Source: the human T2T-CHM13v2.0 reference genome, Homo sapiens
Assembly (NCBI RefSeq): GCF_009914755.1
Contig: NC_060934.1
Reading direction: 5' to 3' (one strand)
Length of the DNA stretch: 64,000 nt
Both the position numbers and the translations under genes were made by a program. Positions 42,996 to 56,964 of this stretch are shown here, piece by piece. Every line of letters begins with the position of its first letter. The stretch's first letter is position 1. Under the pieces are notes generated by a model. The model was not told the DNA's origin and did not search any database. It worked only from the letters and a program-made list of their open reading frames with translations.

Positions 42996-44653
42996 CACCA
43001 AAGATGGCAATTATCTCTCACAGAGATGAAGAGAACAAGCCCCCTTGCCCAAAGTGCCTTGTCACGTTGATGCCCGATGTTCCACCATCAGAAGTCAAAA
43101 CTAGATCCCTCCCACGTCCCTTCAAACTCTACAGAGCCTTTGTTGCAAGAGATCCAATGTATATTTATAAGACATGCAACCCATGCTGACACCATGAGGC
43201 AGCTTCCTTTCACTGATTGCCTGTAATGTGACAAGCACTTTGCATTTGCGGCAGACCTCCTGGATGGGCCTGTGCTCTCATTCAGATGCACAGAATTAGG
43301 CAATCCTCCTGTTCAACCTTCCATGCAATGACCAGTATGGAACCAGGAGCTGCCTGAGGAAAACAGGAACCATGTGTTTTTCTGTCTGGAGATAAACCAG
43401 ATTCCAAGGGGACACAGGTGCCCTGGGAAAGATGTTAATGAATGAAGTTTCTCAGGCCAAGAGCTAGTCAGCAGCATATGTATGTGCAAGGGGTCAGTGG
43501 TGCTACAGCATCTATAGGGTTGGTTCTGCAAGAGGCCTCCTTCCCCAAGCCTGCACCAGCCGTGGGCATTATCAGGAGGCCACACGTTCTTTTGTGGCCC
43601 CGTGAAAGAACAGTTCTGCGGCCAAACATTTACAGTCATTGTCATATTTTCCAAGGCAAGGCCATGGGGGCTCAAGTCAGCACCAGCTCTGGGGAGGAAG
43701 AGATAAGCTGAGGCTGAAGAACCAAAGTCAGAAGGAGAGGAACCAGCACACGAGGAAGGTGAGGAATGGTATCTTCTGAGAGGTGTGGCCGACCTGGGAG
43801 GCATTACGGGACCAGGTGCACCCTTGAGCCACCAGAGGCATGACAGTGGGCCTGACTAGAGCCCCCAGCTGCAGGGGTCAGCTGGGATGTCCCCAGGCCT
43901 GGGCACTGAAACACACCAGGGTGAACATTTGCAGGAAAAATAAATCCATGAATGAACTGAGCTACTCTCATCTTGAAGCTACTTGTGTTCTCTTGTGCAG
44001 CCATTTTTTCCATTTGAAACCCACCTCCCTCACCTACCCCATCCTACGGCTGTTCTAGAAGAGTGAGCAGGTATACCGACACCTCACACAGGGCTTGCAC
44101 GCTGCAGGTGATCAGGAAATGCTCATTCCCTCCCTGCCTCTTTTGGGTTCTCAGGCACAGTTTACCCCTGTCAAATTCCCATTAGACTAGATGCTCTGCC
44201 CAGCCCTTTCAATGCTGACGTTTCACACATCTTGTAAGAAAGCCCTTGGGTCTGGCCAGGCCCGGGTGTGGACAGGGATGCTCACATTGAGCCTGTGGAC
44301 ACAGAAGAGTCTTTATTCGGGCAGACTCTTGAGCCCTTGTTCTGACTGAGCCTATTGGTGCATTTGAGGGGGGTTGGGGGGAGTGAGGATTTAAAAAAAA
44401 AAAAAAAAGGTCTTGAGGGATGCTGGGGAAGGAAGAGAAGCCAAGTGTCTGGATGGTGTGACCCCAGACTGCAACGCTAGAATGACTCTCAAAACATTCT
44501 CCTTTATCAAGGAAACAAGAATGTGAGTCACTCTCTTCCCGCACCCCAGGGGTTTCTTTGCTGAGCAGGGCTGCAAACTGTTCAGCTAATTAGGCTGCAT
44601 CCTGACCTTAGCCTCCATCCGCAGCAGGCCTCCCTTGAGGGGAGCCGAGGTGC

Positions 44654-44687
44654 TGCTGCCACCTAGGGTCAGGAGAGTGCACTGCAG
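44654..44687 (-). promoter_or_regulatory. Candidate CTCF site with upstream motif
   Basis: Minus strand reads TGCAGTGCA-ctctc-CTGACCCTAGGTGGCAGCA: a core with two 5' mismatches plus the TGCAGT upstream motif at 5-bp spacing. Confidence 0.45.
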
Positions 44688-45266
44688 GGGGACCGCAGGG
44701 CCAGGAAGGAAAAGTCAGGACCCTGAATAAAAGGGCAAGTGGTCCCAGCATGGTTCCGTTTACAAAGAACTTCCCATCTACCACTGCTGGGCTCTTAAAA
44801 GAATCCCATGAATTCAGCAGGGCAAGGTTTTACTATCTTCTCTTTACATATAAAGACGCTAGTGATTGCATGGCTGAGGACGGGGGTCTGGGACATTACG
44901 AACTCTGCGGCAGAGGTTATGGGTAGACTGTGGGAATTCTTCATGAGGGTTTTTAAAAGCTATTGCTGGTGTAAGTTGGTCTGTAAACATCCTTAGGAAG
45001 AATTGGAGAGCAAATGAGTCATGGGGTCCTGATAACTGCACTGAGCTTCACTAAAGGCCACAGGGTCAAGGGCTTAAGAGACAGAGTGAGGGCCACTGGG
45101 TCTCTTAGCCCATCATCAGGGCCCCCATTGTCTGCCGGAAGATGCCAGCAAACCCACCATCCTCGAGGTGCTGGCCAGCCCAGCTAACAGTCAAAAAGGA
45201 GGAGGATGGTGATAGATAGAAATGTTATTTTGTGTATTTATTTCATCACAACCTCAGGTACATGAC

Positions 45267-45950
<684 letters not shown>

Positions 45951-46901
45951 GTGACTCACCCTCTAGCCTGTTCTGCAAGAAGGAGAATCAGGAGTTATGT
46001 AGCAGGAACACAAGGGAATAAAATCCTCAATATTCAGTTCTTCAACTTCCAAGCTGGGTCTTGAAATTCAAATATTAAACAACAGAGAGAAAAGTCAAAA
46101 CTTGGAATTTACCAGAGCCAAGTTGTGGTAAAACAATTTGGAATTCTAAAGGTAAAGCCCCAGGGAAGTGGGGACTACTTTTTCTTTCACAGATTAGAAA
46201 GAGAAAAGAGGGTTGGGGAGAAGAGATGAGTGTCAGTTGCTAGAACTGGGAGAAGTGGGGAGGCTGGGGCCTGAGGCCACGCAGAGAGAAGGGTCGTCAC
46301 TGAAGGACTCCCCAGGCCCTTCCATCCCAGCGCCCTGAGCCACTAAATCAATCGCCTTTTGTGAGTGGCCTTGCAGGTCTCCTGTGTGGGAAGCCAAGTG
46401 AGCTGAGGCTGTCACAGCCATCAAGTGAGGTCCACGCAGACATCGTTCTCTGTGTGCTGCACAGGGACCAACCCGCAGATGTGACTCCCCCCAGTACCCA
46501 TCCACACAATGCCATCTACCAAGCACCACTTCCAACTCTCACAGATGCCTTGGGACAGAGGCTGCTGTCTCTAACACCTAGAGGGACTGTTCTTGCAGTG
46601 TCTGTGTCGCAGGTACTGGACAACTTAACATGAGTGTGACTTAGTCCCATCACTGTCATCACCATACTTCGTTTTATGGGTGAGCAACAAGACCCTAACC
46701 TTCGTGACTTCCACTTGGTATGGAGCTTAGAGGAAAGTGACAGGGATGAAGGTCTCTCCTGTCCAGCCCCACCATCTTCAGGAATTGGGGGCTTTCCCTC
46801 TAGCCCGCCTTTGCCCCTCTAAGTGATTGACACACTGCACTTGCCTTCCCATCCAGGGGACCCCGCTGGGCCAGGTGCCATTGTCTGCTGTGACCCTCCC
46901 C

Positions 46902-46934
46902 GTGTGTGTGTGTGTATGTGTGTGTGTGTGTGTG
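46902..46934. repeat. Interrupted (TG)n
   Basis: Seen directly; further TG units continue to about 46954. Confidence 0.9.
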
Positions 46935-47182
46935 CAGGGTGTGTGTGTGTGTGTGAGCATGTAGCTGTAAATAGTACTTTCCTGATTTAAAAATGCCAGG
47001 AAAATCCCAAAACACAGAGATTTAATGTCCGTTTATTCCCTTGGGGCAATGTTGCCTCCACTAAAATGGTAAAGAAAAAAATGAATGATAGAAAGAACTC
47101 ATTGTGTCAGAGGGGTACTCGCATGTTTGCATTTTTACCCTCTATTCTTTGCCACAGTAGGAACTTGCTTTTTTCTGAGTGT

Positions 47183-47220
47183 ACACACAAACACACACAC
47201 ACACACACACACACACATAC
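47183..47220. repeat. (CA)n microsatellite
   Basis: Seen directly. Confidence 0.9.
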
Positions 47221-47484
47221 TCAGTGCTGTACTAGGCTCCTGCTGACTGTCCTATCATAGTGTTTCCTACAGAACCATCTCACGTCTCTCTGGGCTGATT
47301 GTCTTCTACAATCAATAAATGGTTCAAAGACTCACAAATTCTGTAGATGGGCCTTTGAAGAGGGCTGCACAGTCTCCCAGCTGACCTCAGGATGAGCTTC
47401 AGGCCATGTGAATGAGAAAGTGCACAGAGGCCCCTGCAGGGACCCTGGTGCCTGACGCTTCCCCCAGAGCCAGGCTGCCCAGGT

Positions 47485-47660
47485 CCCAGCCTTGTAGCTC
47501 ACAAGCTGTGCGACCTTGGGCAGGTGCCTTTCTCTTTCTGAATCTCAGTTTCTTCCTTGGTAACTGGAGATGATATTAAATAGCACCTGCCTCCTAGAGT
47601 TGGCGTGGGATTAAACAGTTAGAACCAGAACAGTGTTTACAGCAGCACCTTTGGTATAGC
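47485..47660 (+). mobile_element. MIR SINE
   Basis: 'agctgtgcgaccttgggcagg...ctcagtttc...tagcacctgcctcctagagttg...ggattaaa'. Confidence 0.8.
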
Positions 47661-48519
47661 AGGGCAGGAGCTCCAGATCTTGGTCCTGAAGGCTCAGGCC
47701 CTGGGGCCTGGAGACTAAAGCAGCATTCAGAGCTTTATGACCACAAGTAGCTACGCTCCCGCCTGAGCCTGTTGTCTGGGCCTTTGGTGTCTCTGTGGTT
47801 ATGTCCCTCGGTCCTGATTCCTTTTTTAGGTTTCCAAGAGGAAGCTTCTTGTTGAGCCTGTGAACCCTGACCTTGGACCCCTGCTCATCTGGCCCACCCG
47901 GACGCCACGCCTGCTCTGTTTGGGGGTTCTCTCCCATCCCCACCCTTGCTTGGCAGCTGCTCCCATCAGACAGGTCCTCCTGTTCATCCCCAGACTGGGA
48001 GTGCAAACCCTGCTCAGGGCTCCTGTGGCCACAGGCACCCCCAAGGCAGAGAAGGAAGCCAGGAAGGAGAAGGCTCTGCAAACTCCTGGAAACAGTTAAG
48101 AGATGAAGAAAATTACACCACTTGAACTCTACTGGCCAGAGTCCTGGGAAAGGCAAACTCTCCTTGGGCCAAAGTGGAGGGAACCACCCCACCCCTCCAC
48201 AGGCATCATGAACATGGCCCATTGGAATGCGCTGAGATTCACAATGACTTGATAAGGATCTGGGGGCTGAAAGCTCAGCAGGATGACTCTGAGCTGGACC
48301 CAGCCCCACCCTGGCGGTCCCTGCCACACAGCAGTCAGTTTGGAGCCACGTGGCTGCCATTCCTGGTGACTTCCCAAAGCTACTGCAACTTTTTAAAAAG
48401 ATAAGCACATTTCCATGGTGTTTTTAACATCCTTTAATGGTTTTCAGCTTTCTTTTCAATATATAATTACTGAAAAAATCACTATGAATAATAACCAGAA
48501 ACCACCAAAACCTACATGC

Positions 48520-48675
48520 AAAGTAGTATGCTAAAAACTTTACTCATTATCTTGTCTAATGTTTTATAATCTGCATGAAGCAGGTAGTACTGTCATCCCC
48601 ACTTTACAGAGGAGGAAACTGAGGCCTAGAAACAGGCACACAGCCAGTAAGTGGCAGAGGCAAGACAGGAGCCCA
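48520..48675 (-). mobile_element. MIR SINE
   Basis: 'atccccactttacagaggaggaaactgaggc...cacagccagtaagtggcagag'. Confidence 0.8.
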
Positions 48676-50219
48676 GCTCCTTCTCCACCAACTATTTTGC
48701 TGGATCATCGTCATCATCAGCATTTTCTGGTGCCTGCTACACCATCCTCTGCTTCTCAGGGACATGTCTGAAGCCACAGAATCACTGTCCCTGCCGGAGG
48801 CCAGATTAGATTCAGCCCGTGCGTAGCTCACATTCTAGGGTGTCAGAGGGAGTGTCTTTCTCCGTCCTGCAGCCACAGCCATCAGCAGCACTCTCTCTCT
48901 GGCCTCCCAGGGCTTCCTCTAAGAAGCCCCCACGGGCACTGCAGGTGGCTGGCCTCCAGGAGCACACAGCTCTCGGAGTTCCAGGTGTTCCCCTGAGAGC
49001 AACCTGCTTGGGCACTGCAGGCTGCTGGGGTTGCCGGTGATGACTTCCTTTCCATTTCTGTTCTCGATGTCGTGAGGCAGTCTTCCTGATCTCTGCTCCC
49101 CAACTCCCTCCCATGGTTGAGAAGGCCCTGGCTCTCCATATTAAATCTCTCTCTACTTGAAATAGCTGGAGCACTTCTGCTTTCCCACGAACCCTGACCA
49201 AAGCCTCCCAGCCCCAGCTACAGCTGACAGGCTCAAGAGCACCACAGGCTCTCAAGGCTGGCCTGGCTCCTCCACACACAACCCCTGCAGATCTCTACTC
49301 ACTCCAGACTCCCCCTGCCTCTGGCCAAGGCCCTGCCTTCCTGCCTTCAAGCTGGGCGCCCATTTCTCCAGGAAGGCTTTTGTGACCGGGCTTCATGTCC
49401 CTTGCACCCTGTGTATTGATCTTCCTGCTTGATGCCAAGCCCTATGAACACAGCAATTCTATCTGGCTTTGTACACTATTGTACCCAGCACAGGGTCTAA
49501 AAATACTTTTTGCATAAATGAATGAGTAAATGAAAAATTATTGAGTAGTCTTTGAGATCCTGATGCCATGAGTATAGAGAAAGAGAATATATGCATCTTA
49601 AATCCATTAAAGTTTGATTTAAAATGCACATTGGCACTGGCTGAAAGCTGGGTGGGCTCCATGGGGTACAAAGACAAGCCCACCAGGAGCCGAGAGTTGA
49701 GGAGTATGAACAGGCACAGGTCTCCGTGCAGCTGCAGTATGTTACAGCTTCTGGTGACTTCTGCCACCCTTTGTCCCTCTAGGGTCTGTGTTCCTGCCAA
49801 GAGAAAAGGCAGTGGCAGGAAGGAGGCTGCTCCAGATGTCAGAAAGGCTTAGCGAATGGTTTACTGTAGTTCACGAAATTTCTACAAGAGTAACCAATTG
49901 GCATCAGCTCCCTGAGCTGCCTGCTTAGAGAAGGAGCTTATGGCACTAAACCATTTTTGTATATTCCATCAAGATCTAGGAAAGCAGATTTCCTTTTTCA
50001 AAAAGCAGAGAAACTGTCCCACCCTGCAGTCATTGTGAGTGCAGAGGGACGGGGAGCCAGCGATCCATGAATTGCCAAGCCAGATTGCAGCTATAACCAG
50101 ATTTTAGTTTGTGAAGGTCTTTTACAGACCTTTTTATACCCTATCCAGTGAGTATGAGTTAGGCTGGAGAGCAAAGGAATTGGAGCTTTTCCACACCACA
50201 CACGGTTTGCGGTTGGCCC

Positions 50220-50234
50220 CCACCAGGTGGCTCC
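50220..50234 (+). promoter_or_regulatory. Candidate CTCF core motif
   Basis: CCACCAGGTGGCTCC matches the CCASYAGRKGGC core. Confidence 0.45.
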
Positions 50235-51099
50235 CCTGGCGGAGGACTCTGCGCTGCCTGCACCTGAGCGTAGCTGGGGCTTGCGGTGTGCGTCAAAGTG
50301 GCTGCGGAGTTCTTGTCTATAGAAACTGTTCAAAGTAACCACCTGAATTACTCCTACCATACTCTTTCTTTGACCTTTTATTTCTTTTAAGCATAACGTC
50401 AGCACTGATTTGAAATCATCAAGTAACTTCAACCAACGTAAAAATCCTGAGTTGCTTAAAAAGGAAAGAAAGGCTGCCCCCAAAGTGACAGGCTTTCTAA
50501 CTTGCCTGTGTCTTTGCACCTATTTCCCTAGGACGCGGGAACGCCCCTTTCCCACACCCACTTCATTCTCCTCCCTGTGCCTCACGTTCTGGGAACATCC
50601 TCCTCTTGACTGCATTTCTTAGCCTCCCCGGGCTAGGGAAAGTGTGGTCTCCCTTTCAGCAACCTCAGTTCCATATACATTTCTTTCTCTCAGAATGTCT
50701 GATGCTATACTGCATTTATTGGTTTTCTTGTTTCTCTCCCTAGTAAACAGGACATTTTTTGAAGTCCTGCTGGCACATATGCAGTCCTCACACAACGCCT
50801 GGTGGATGATTGATTCATTTTAAGAGAGCAGATGAGCTAGGCTGTCTACAAATGTGTCGGATCCAGCTCCCGCCATCCTTCCTTCGCAAAGCAGAGCTTG
50901 CCAAGCCTGCGCACCCACGGGCTGCCTCTCTTCAAAGGGCGGAGCCTGTGCAGTGAGCGTTTGGCCACCTGGTCGCACACCGAGTGCTCGTCAGCGCGCA
51001 TGGCCTGAGCGTTCTGCCCTGACACTCGCTGGCCTCTGGGCGCTTCTGTCTTTGACAACGTCCTGAACACTGTGGGAAGGCTCACTAGCATTCCACTCC

Positions 51100-51470
51100 T
51101 TCCCTAATGTGGAGTGGGTGTGATTTGAGGGGTTTGGCCCCCACCCCAGCTGCAGGGGTAAGTCACACTAGTTTGGGCTAATTAGCAGAATCTCATCTCC
51201 TTAGCGCAAACAACATTGATTCAAGAATGATCAGGGATCCCAGCCCAAACCAAGCCTTGCTGCAGCAATCAGCCGCTCTTGGGTTTGGGGGGAGGATACG
51301 GCGTGTGTCCCAAGGTGGGTCCACCCAGCGAAGCCAGTATTCCTCCTTGATGACTTTGGAAAGAGTCTCTCTCTCGTTCCGGAGGGTGTGATGTGTGAGG
51401 TTGGAACCACGAGGGACACCAGCTTGAGAACAAAGCCAAACTAAGGGGCGGGCGGAGCCAAGACGGAGGA
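51100..51470 (+). mobile_element. LTR16-like ERVL LTR remnant
   Basis: 'ccccagctgcagggg...ttggaaagagtctctctc...accacgagggacaccagcttgagaacaaagccaa...gagccaaga' follows the LTR16 motif order. Confidence 0.55.
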
Positions 51471-51722
51471 GGCGAGTCCGGAGCAAACATACCGGATCTC
51501 AGGAGCCCCGTGACTGCTGCTCTTGGCTGACTCGTCACAAAGCATCCAGACGCGTCTCGGCCCTGCGTCCAAGACGCAAAGTTGTGCGGCAACCAAGCCT
51601 AGAGCTAAGCAGTCACCAGGAGTGGAGACAAAAGCAGTGAAAGGATGGGAGCGAAAACACGGATCCCGAGAACGAAGCCACGAGTGCAAAGCCGGGCGTT
51701 GTGCAAACTATCCCGGGCCTCT

Positions 51723-51737
51723 GCTGCCCCCTGGCGG
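51723..51737 (-). promoter_or_regulatory. Near-consensus CTCF motif
   Basis: Plus strand gctgccccctggcgg = CCGCCAGGGGGCAGC on the minus strand, inside the CpG island. Confidence 0.75.
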
Positions 51738-52825
51738 ACGCCGCGCGGGAGCCCAGAACCGGAGCGCTCTGAGCGAAGCCGACTCCATCCGACACCGCCG
51801 CCTCCCAGAGGGCTGCCCTGGGAAGTCACTGAAAACAGCCTGCGGAAGATTTCTCCTGTGTCACGTGCGGGGAAGAACAGCCGCTACCTGTTAGATTGCC
51901 ATGAGGTTGAATGGCCAAAATGGATAACCGGGACCAGAGTTATCCTCCCACCTGAAAGAAGCAGGAGGAAACCAACAAAACTATAGAAACAACCGTTTTC
52001 AAAACCCAGCACACCAGATGCAGAGGACAGTGATCCTACTACCCAGACAGTTTCCGGGCCACAGCACAGGAGGTGCGGGAACCCGGACAGGGCTTGACCC
52101 CATGAGCTCACCCTCACGAGTTGAGGGACTAAGCCGAGTCCTCAGGGCAGGCACGGCGTCCCTGGAGGAAGAGGGGGCTGCACAGACACAACTCCAGTGA
52201 TCCACAAAGGCTGCGGCCAGGGTGCAGCAGGGCGGCTCAGCACGTGCAGGCGAGGAAGCTGCCAGAGGCCCAGAAAGATCCCCGTGGGGCTGGAGGGAAG
52301 ATCCGCCTGTGTTTGCACAGGGCGGGAACAGCGCCTCCCCCATCAGCCAGACTGCAGGCTCACCACTCAGGAGGCACGGGACAGCCCTGCTTCAGGGGTG
52401 GGAGCAGTTATTACTAAACGCAGCTCTATCCCCATCTGAGAAACGTCAAAGGCAGGACCGGAAAGCATCAGACTGTTACAAAGTAACTTAACCGTACCCC
52501 AGAACAAAGCCTGAAAATACACACAGGAAAACAAAGACATCCAGCACACAACAAGAAAAAAGTGGCAATGTCTACCACCCAGTAAGAAATGACCATGCAT
52601 GAAGTGAGGGAGAAAAAAATTACCCATAATGAAGAGAAAATGCAATCAGTGGACGAAGTGCCAGGACACAACCTGTCAAAATGGGTGGGATTTGGCTAAA
52701 GCAATACTTAGAGGGAAAATGATAGCACTACACTAGGTTAGAAAGGAAGAGGGATCTCAAATCTCAGCTTCCGCCTTAAGAGCGAATTAAACCCAAAGTA
52801 AGAAGAAAGGAAACAAGAAAATTCA

Positions 52826-53295
<470 letters not shown>

Positions 53296-53902
53296 ATTAC
53301 AGCAGGAAAGGAAGAGAAAGAGAGAGAGAAAGGAAGATCATATCATAAATCAGTGGAATAGAAAGGAGAAAAACAAAAGGGACAAATCAATGAAATTAAA
53401 AGCTGGAGTTTTTTGTTTGTTTTTAGAAGATCAATAAAATTGATAAACTCCTGGTCAGGTTGATCCCCCCAAAAAAGAGAAAAGACTCAAATTACTAAAA
53501 TCAGAAATGGGAATTGTGATATCTATCACTATAGATTCTACAGATGTTAAAAAGAAAATTAAGAGCATATTATGATAAACTTAAGACCAATATATATGAC
53601 AAATTAAATATAATAGACAAATTCCTTGAAAGACACTATCGGCACTTAAGAGTAAACAGATAATCTGAATTAGTCTTATGTCTATTTTTTACATTAAACT
53701 TGTACTTTAAAACCTTCCCACACAGAAACCTCCAGGCCCAGATAACTTTATTATCCAACTTAGGAAGAATGAACATCAATTCCATACACACTCCTGGAAA
53801 ATTGTAAAAGACAGAACACTTCTCAAATTGTTTTACTCTGGTACCATGACCAAAGACATTACAAAGAACGAAAACTATAGACTATTATCTCTATGAATAT
53901 GA

Positions 53903-54246
<344 letters not shown>

Positions 54247-56059
54247 TCTATATATACACTTTATACCAAAATACACTTTAAACAAAATTTCGGCAAATGA
54301 AATCAAATCCAACAGTATGAAAGATCATAACCAAATGAGTTACATGCCAGAAATGCAAGGTTGATTTATAATTTGAAAATCAATTAATGTGATTCAGCAT
54401 ATTTTGAAATTAAAAAAGAGAAACCACAGAAGTGTCACAATAGACATAGTAAAAGCATTTTCAAAAATCTAACATGCATTCTGGACATAAACTCTCTCAA
54501 CAAACTAGGAGTAGAAGGAGCTTCCTCAACCTGGTACACGGCCTCTACAAAACCTTCTGTCCACATTACCATTAATACTAAAAGACTTAATGCTTTTCCC
54601 CTAAGATGAAGAACAAGACAAAACTATGTACTCTTACAACTTCTTTTCAACATTTTTCAACATTTTCTAGCAAATACAATACAGCAAGAGAAAGAAATAA
54701 AAGGCATTGAGATTAGAAGGGAGAAGTAAAACTGTCTTTATTCATAGATAACAGGATTTTCTATATTGAAAATTCAACGTGGCCTACACAAAAAGATATT
54801 AGAATTAACAAGTGAGTTTAATAAGGTTGCAGGATAGAGGATCAATATACAAAAACCAATTGTTTTATATTTTCACTAGCAATGACAATCAGAAATTAAA
54901 ATTTAAATCTAGTATCATTTAAAATAGCATCAAAAATATGAAATACTTAGAGATACATTTAACAAATGATATGAATGAACTGTACACTAAAAACCATAAA
55001 ACATTGCTCAGAAAAAAATTTTAAAGAGCTCAAAAAATGGAAGATACGTTGCATTCATGGATCAGAAAATATAATACCACTAAGATGTCAATTTGCCCTC
55101 AAATTGATATAAAGATCAAAAGACCCCCTCCCTGTACCCTAGATTCCTCTCTACCTCCTGGCATCTCCACTTGAATATCTAATACCACTAATATGTCACT
55201 TTGCCCCCAAAATGCAAAAAAAAAAAAAAATGAAACTTCTAGAAGAAAATATAGAGAGAACTATTTGTGAGAAGCTTACTGAGGCGATTCATTCAATGAA
55301 ATGCCACTCAGCAGTAAAAAGAAATGATCAGTCCCCATATAAGCCCCCAAAGCAGGGAGTAGGGGGGTTTGTAGAAACTGACAAAGTTATTCTGAAAGAC
55401 AAATGTCCCTAAATAAGAAAAGCTACACATGGCCCAGACACATAAGAGCAACTGAGATTTGACAAAGGTGCAAAGGTAATCCAACGTGGGAAAGATAGTC
55501 TATTCCAGTCTATCAAATGGAAACAATTTGATATCCATATGAATCAAAATGAATTAAATTCATATTTTGCAGCACCTACCAAAATTCACTCAAAACAAAA
55601 CAATGAATCTTCTATAAGCATATATAGGAGGAACTATTTGTGATAAGCTAATGTGGTGATTCATTCAGTGGAATGCTACTCAGCAGTAAAGAGGAATGAA
55701 CCATCGATACAAGCAACATGGAAAAAAGTCATAATCATTATGCTGACTGAAAGCAGCCAGACAAAAAAAAGGGTTTTTGTTAGATGCTATTTATATAAAA
55801 TTCGAGCAGACTAAGCTATACTGATGGAAAGCAGATATTTTGTGGAGAGGCTCCCCATGTGCAGAGACGCAATGGGGAGGGCAGAATGGAGGACTAGAAG
55901 GGACAGGAGGCAATGTGTGGGGTGACGGATAGGGCCACTATAGTGATTGTGGTGGTGATTTCATAGATGTAGACATATGTCGGAACTTAGATCGTGCACT
56001 TTAAACATGTGCAATTTATTCTGTGTTGTTTATACCTAAACAAAGCTGTAAACATTCAT

Positions 56060-56246
56060 AAAGAAGGAAGACAGGAAGGAAGGAGGGAAAGAAGGAAGGA
56101 AGGAAGGGAGGGAGGGAGGGAGGGAGGAAGGGAGGGAGGGAGGGGAGACGGAGAGGCAGGGAGGAAGGAAAGGGAGGGACAGAGGAATTTACACCCTTGT
56201 GGAAGGAAGGAAGGAGGTAGAAAGGGAGGAAGGGAAGGAGAAAAGG
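56060..56246. repeat. (GGAA)/(GGGA)n purine-rich low-complexity tract at the L1 tail
   Basis: Seen directly. Confidence 0.9.
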
Positions 56247-56249
56247 ATT

Positions 56250-56945
56250 CACTCCCTTTTGTCACGTGTTCAGACTCTCAGAAAATATCACTGAGCGTTT
56301 TCTCTACAGAAGCTTTCTCCACCTGTCCTTTGGGACACCGTGTGCCTGTAGTTTTCCTCATACTTTCCTGGATGGTCTTTCTCCTTCCCCCAACATTGCC
56401 CCAACCTCTCAACTGGCAGCGCCCTAAAACTCAGTCTTCTTTTCTCTAACTCGCCTCCTTTGGTGAGCTCACTGGATTTCATAGCTCTGAATCTCATCTC
56501 TACACTGACCACCCTCAAATGTCTCCCTGTAGCTCAGACCTCCTCCCTGAACCCTAGAGTCCTCTCTACCTCTTGGCATCGTTGCTTAAATATCTAGTAG
56601 AGATCTCAAACTTGGCATTTTCAAAATTCCCACAAACTATGCTTCCCACTGTCTCCCCATCTTAGTAATTCCCACTGCTCGAGTTAAAAATAGCACACAC
56701 ACAACAAAACCAAAAAAACACAGAATTACCCTTGGCCCCTCTCTTTTTCTCGTTCCCCACTTTCAAATCCTTTGACAAATTTGTCAAGCACATCTTCAAA
56801 ATTTACCCAAAATCCAACCACTTCTCACCACCTATATAGCTACAGACCCAGCTCAAGCCGGAGTGATTTAGTGTCTGGTCCGATCCCCGCCGCCTTCACC
56901 CCTGCCCGTCACTGGCCCTCAATAGAGCAGCTAGAATCTCTCTCA
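56250..56945 (+). mobile_element. L2 fragment
   Basis: 'ctttgggacacc...ctttcctgg...ttggtgagctca...atctcaaactt...ccaaaatccaaccacttctcacca'. Confidence 0.75.
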
Positions 56946-56964
56946 CACACCAACTCTTCCAGCT

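Larger units (their letters stand above)
50850..52350. promoter_or_regulatory. CpG island / promoter-like region
   Basis: About 38 CpGs counted by eye in 51445-51890; GC boxes GGGCGGAGCC (50937, 51450); CACGTG E-boxes (51862, 52241); flanks are CpG-depleted. Confidence 0.75.

Noticed and set aside
43656-43758. Acidic peptide AEAEEPKSEGEEPAHEE as a coding exon
   Set aside because: In-frame TAA immediately upstream within the putative exon; no family recognised
47611-48408. Longest ORF (265 aa, minus strand)
   Set aside because: No recognisable domain, composition typical of GC-rich non-coding DNA, and it ends inside a MIR
49852-49902. Imperfect ~50-nt hairpin as a possible pre-miRNA
   Set aside because: Short stem with several bulges; no recognisable miRNA family
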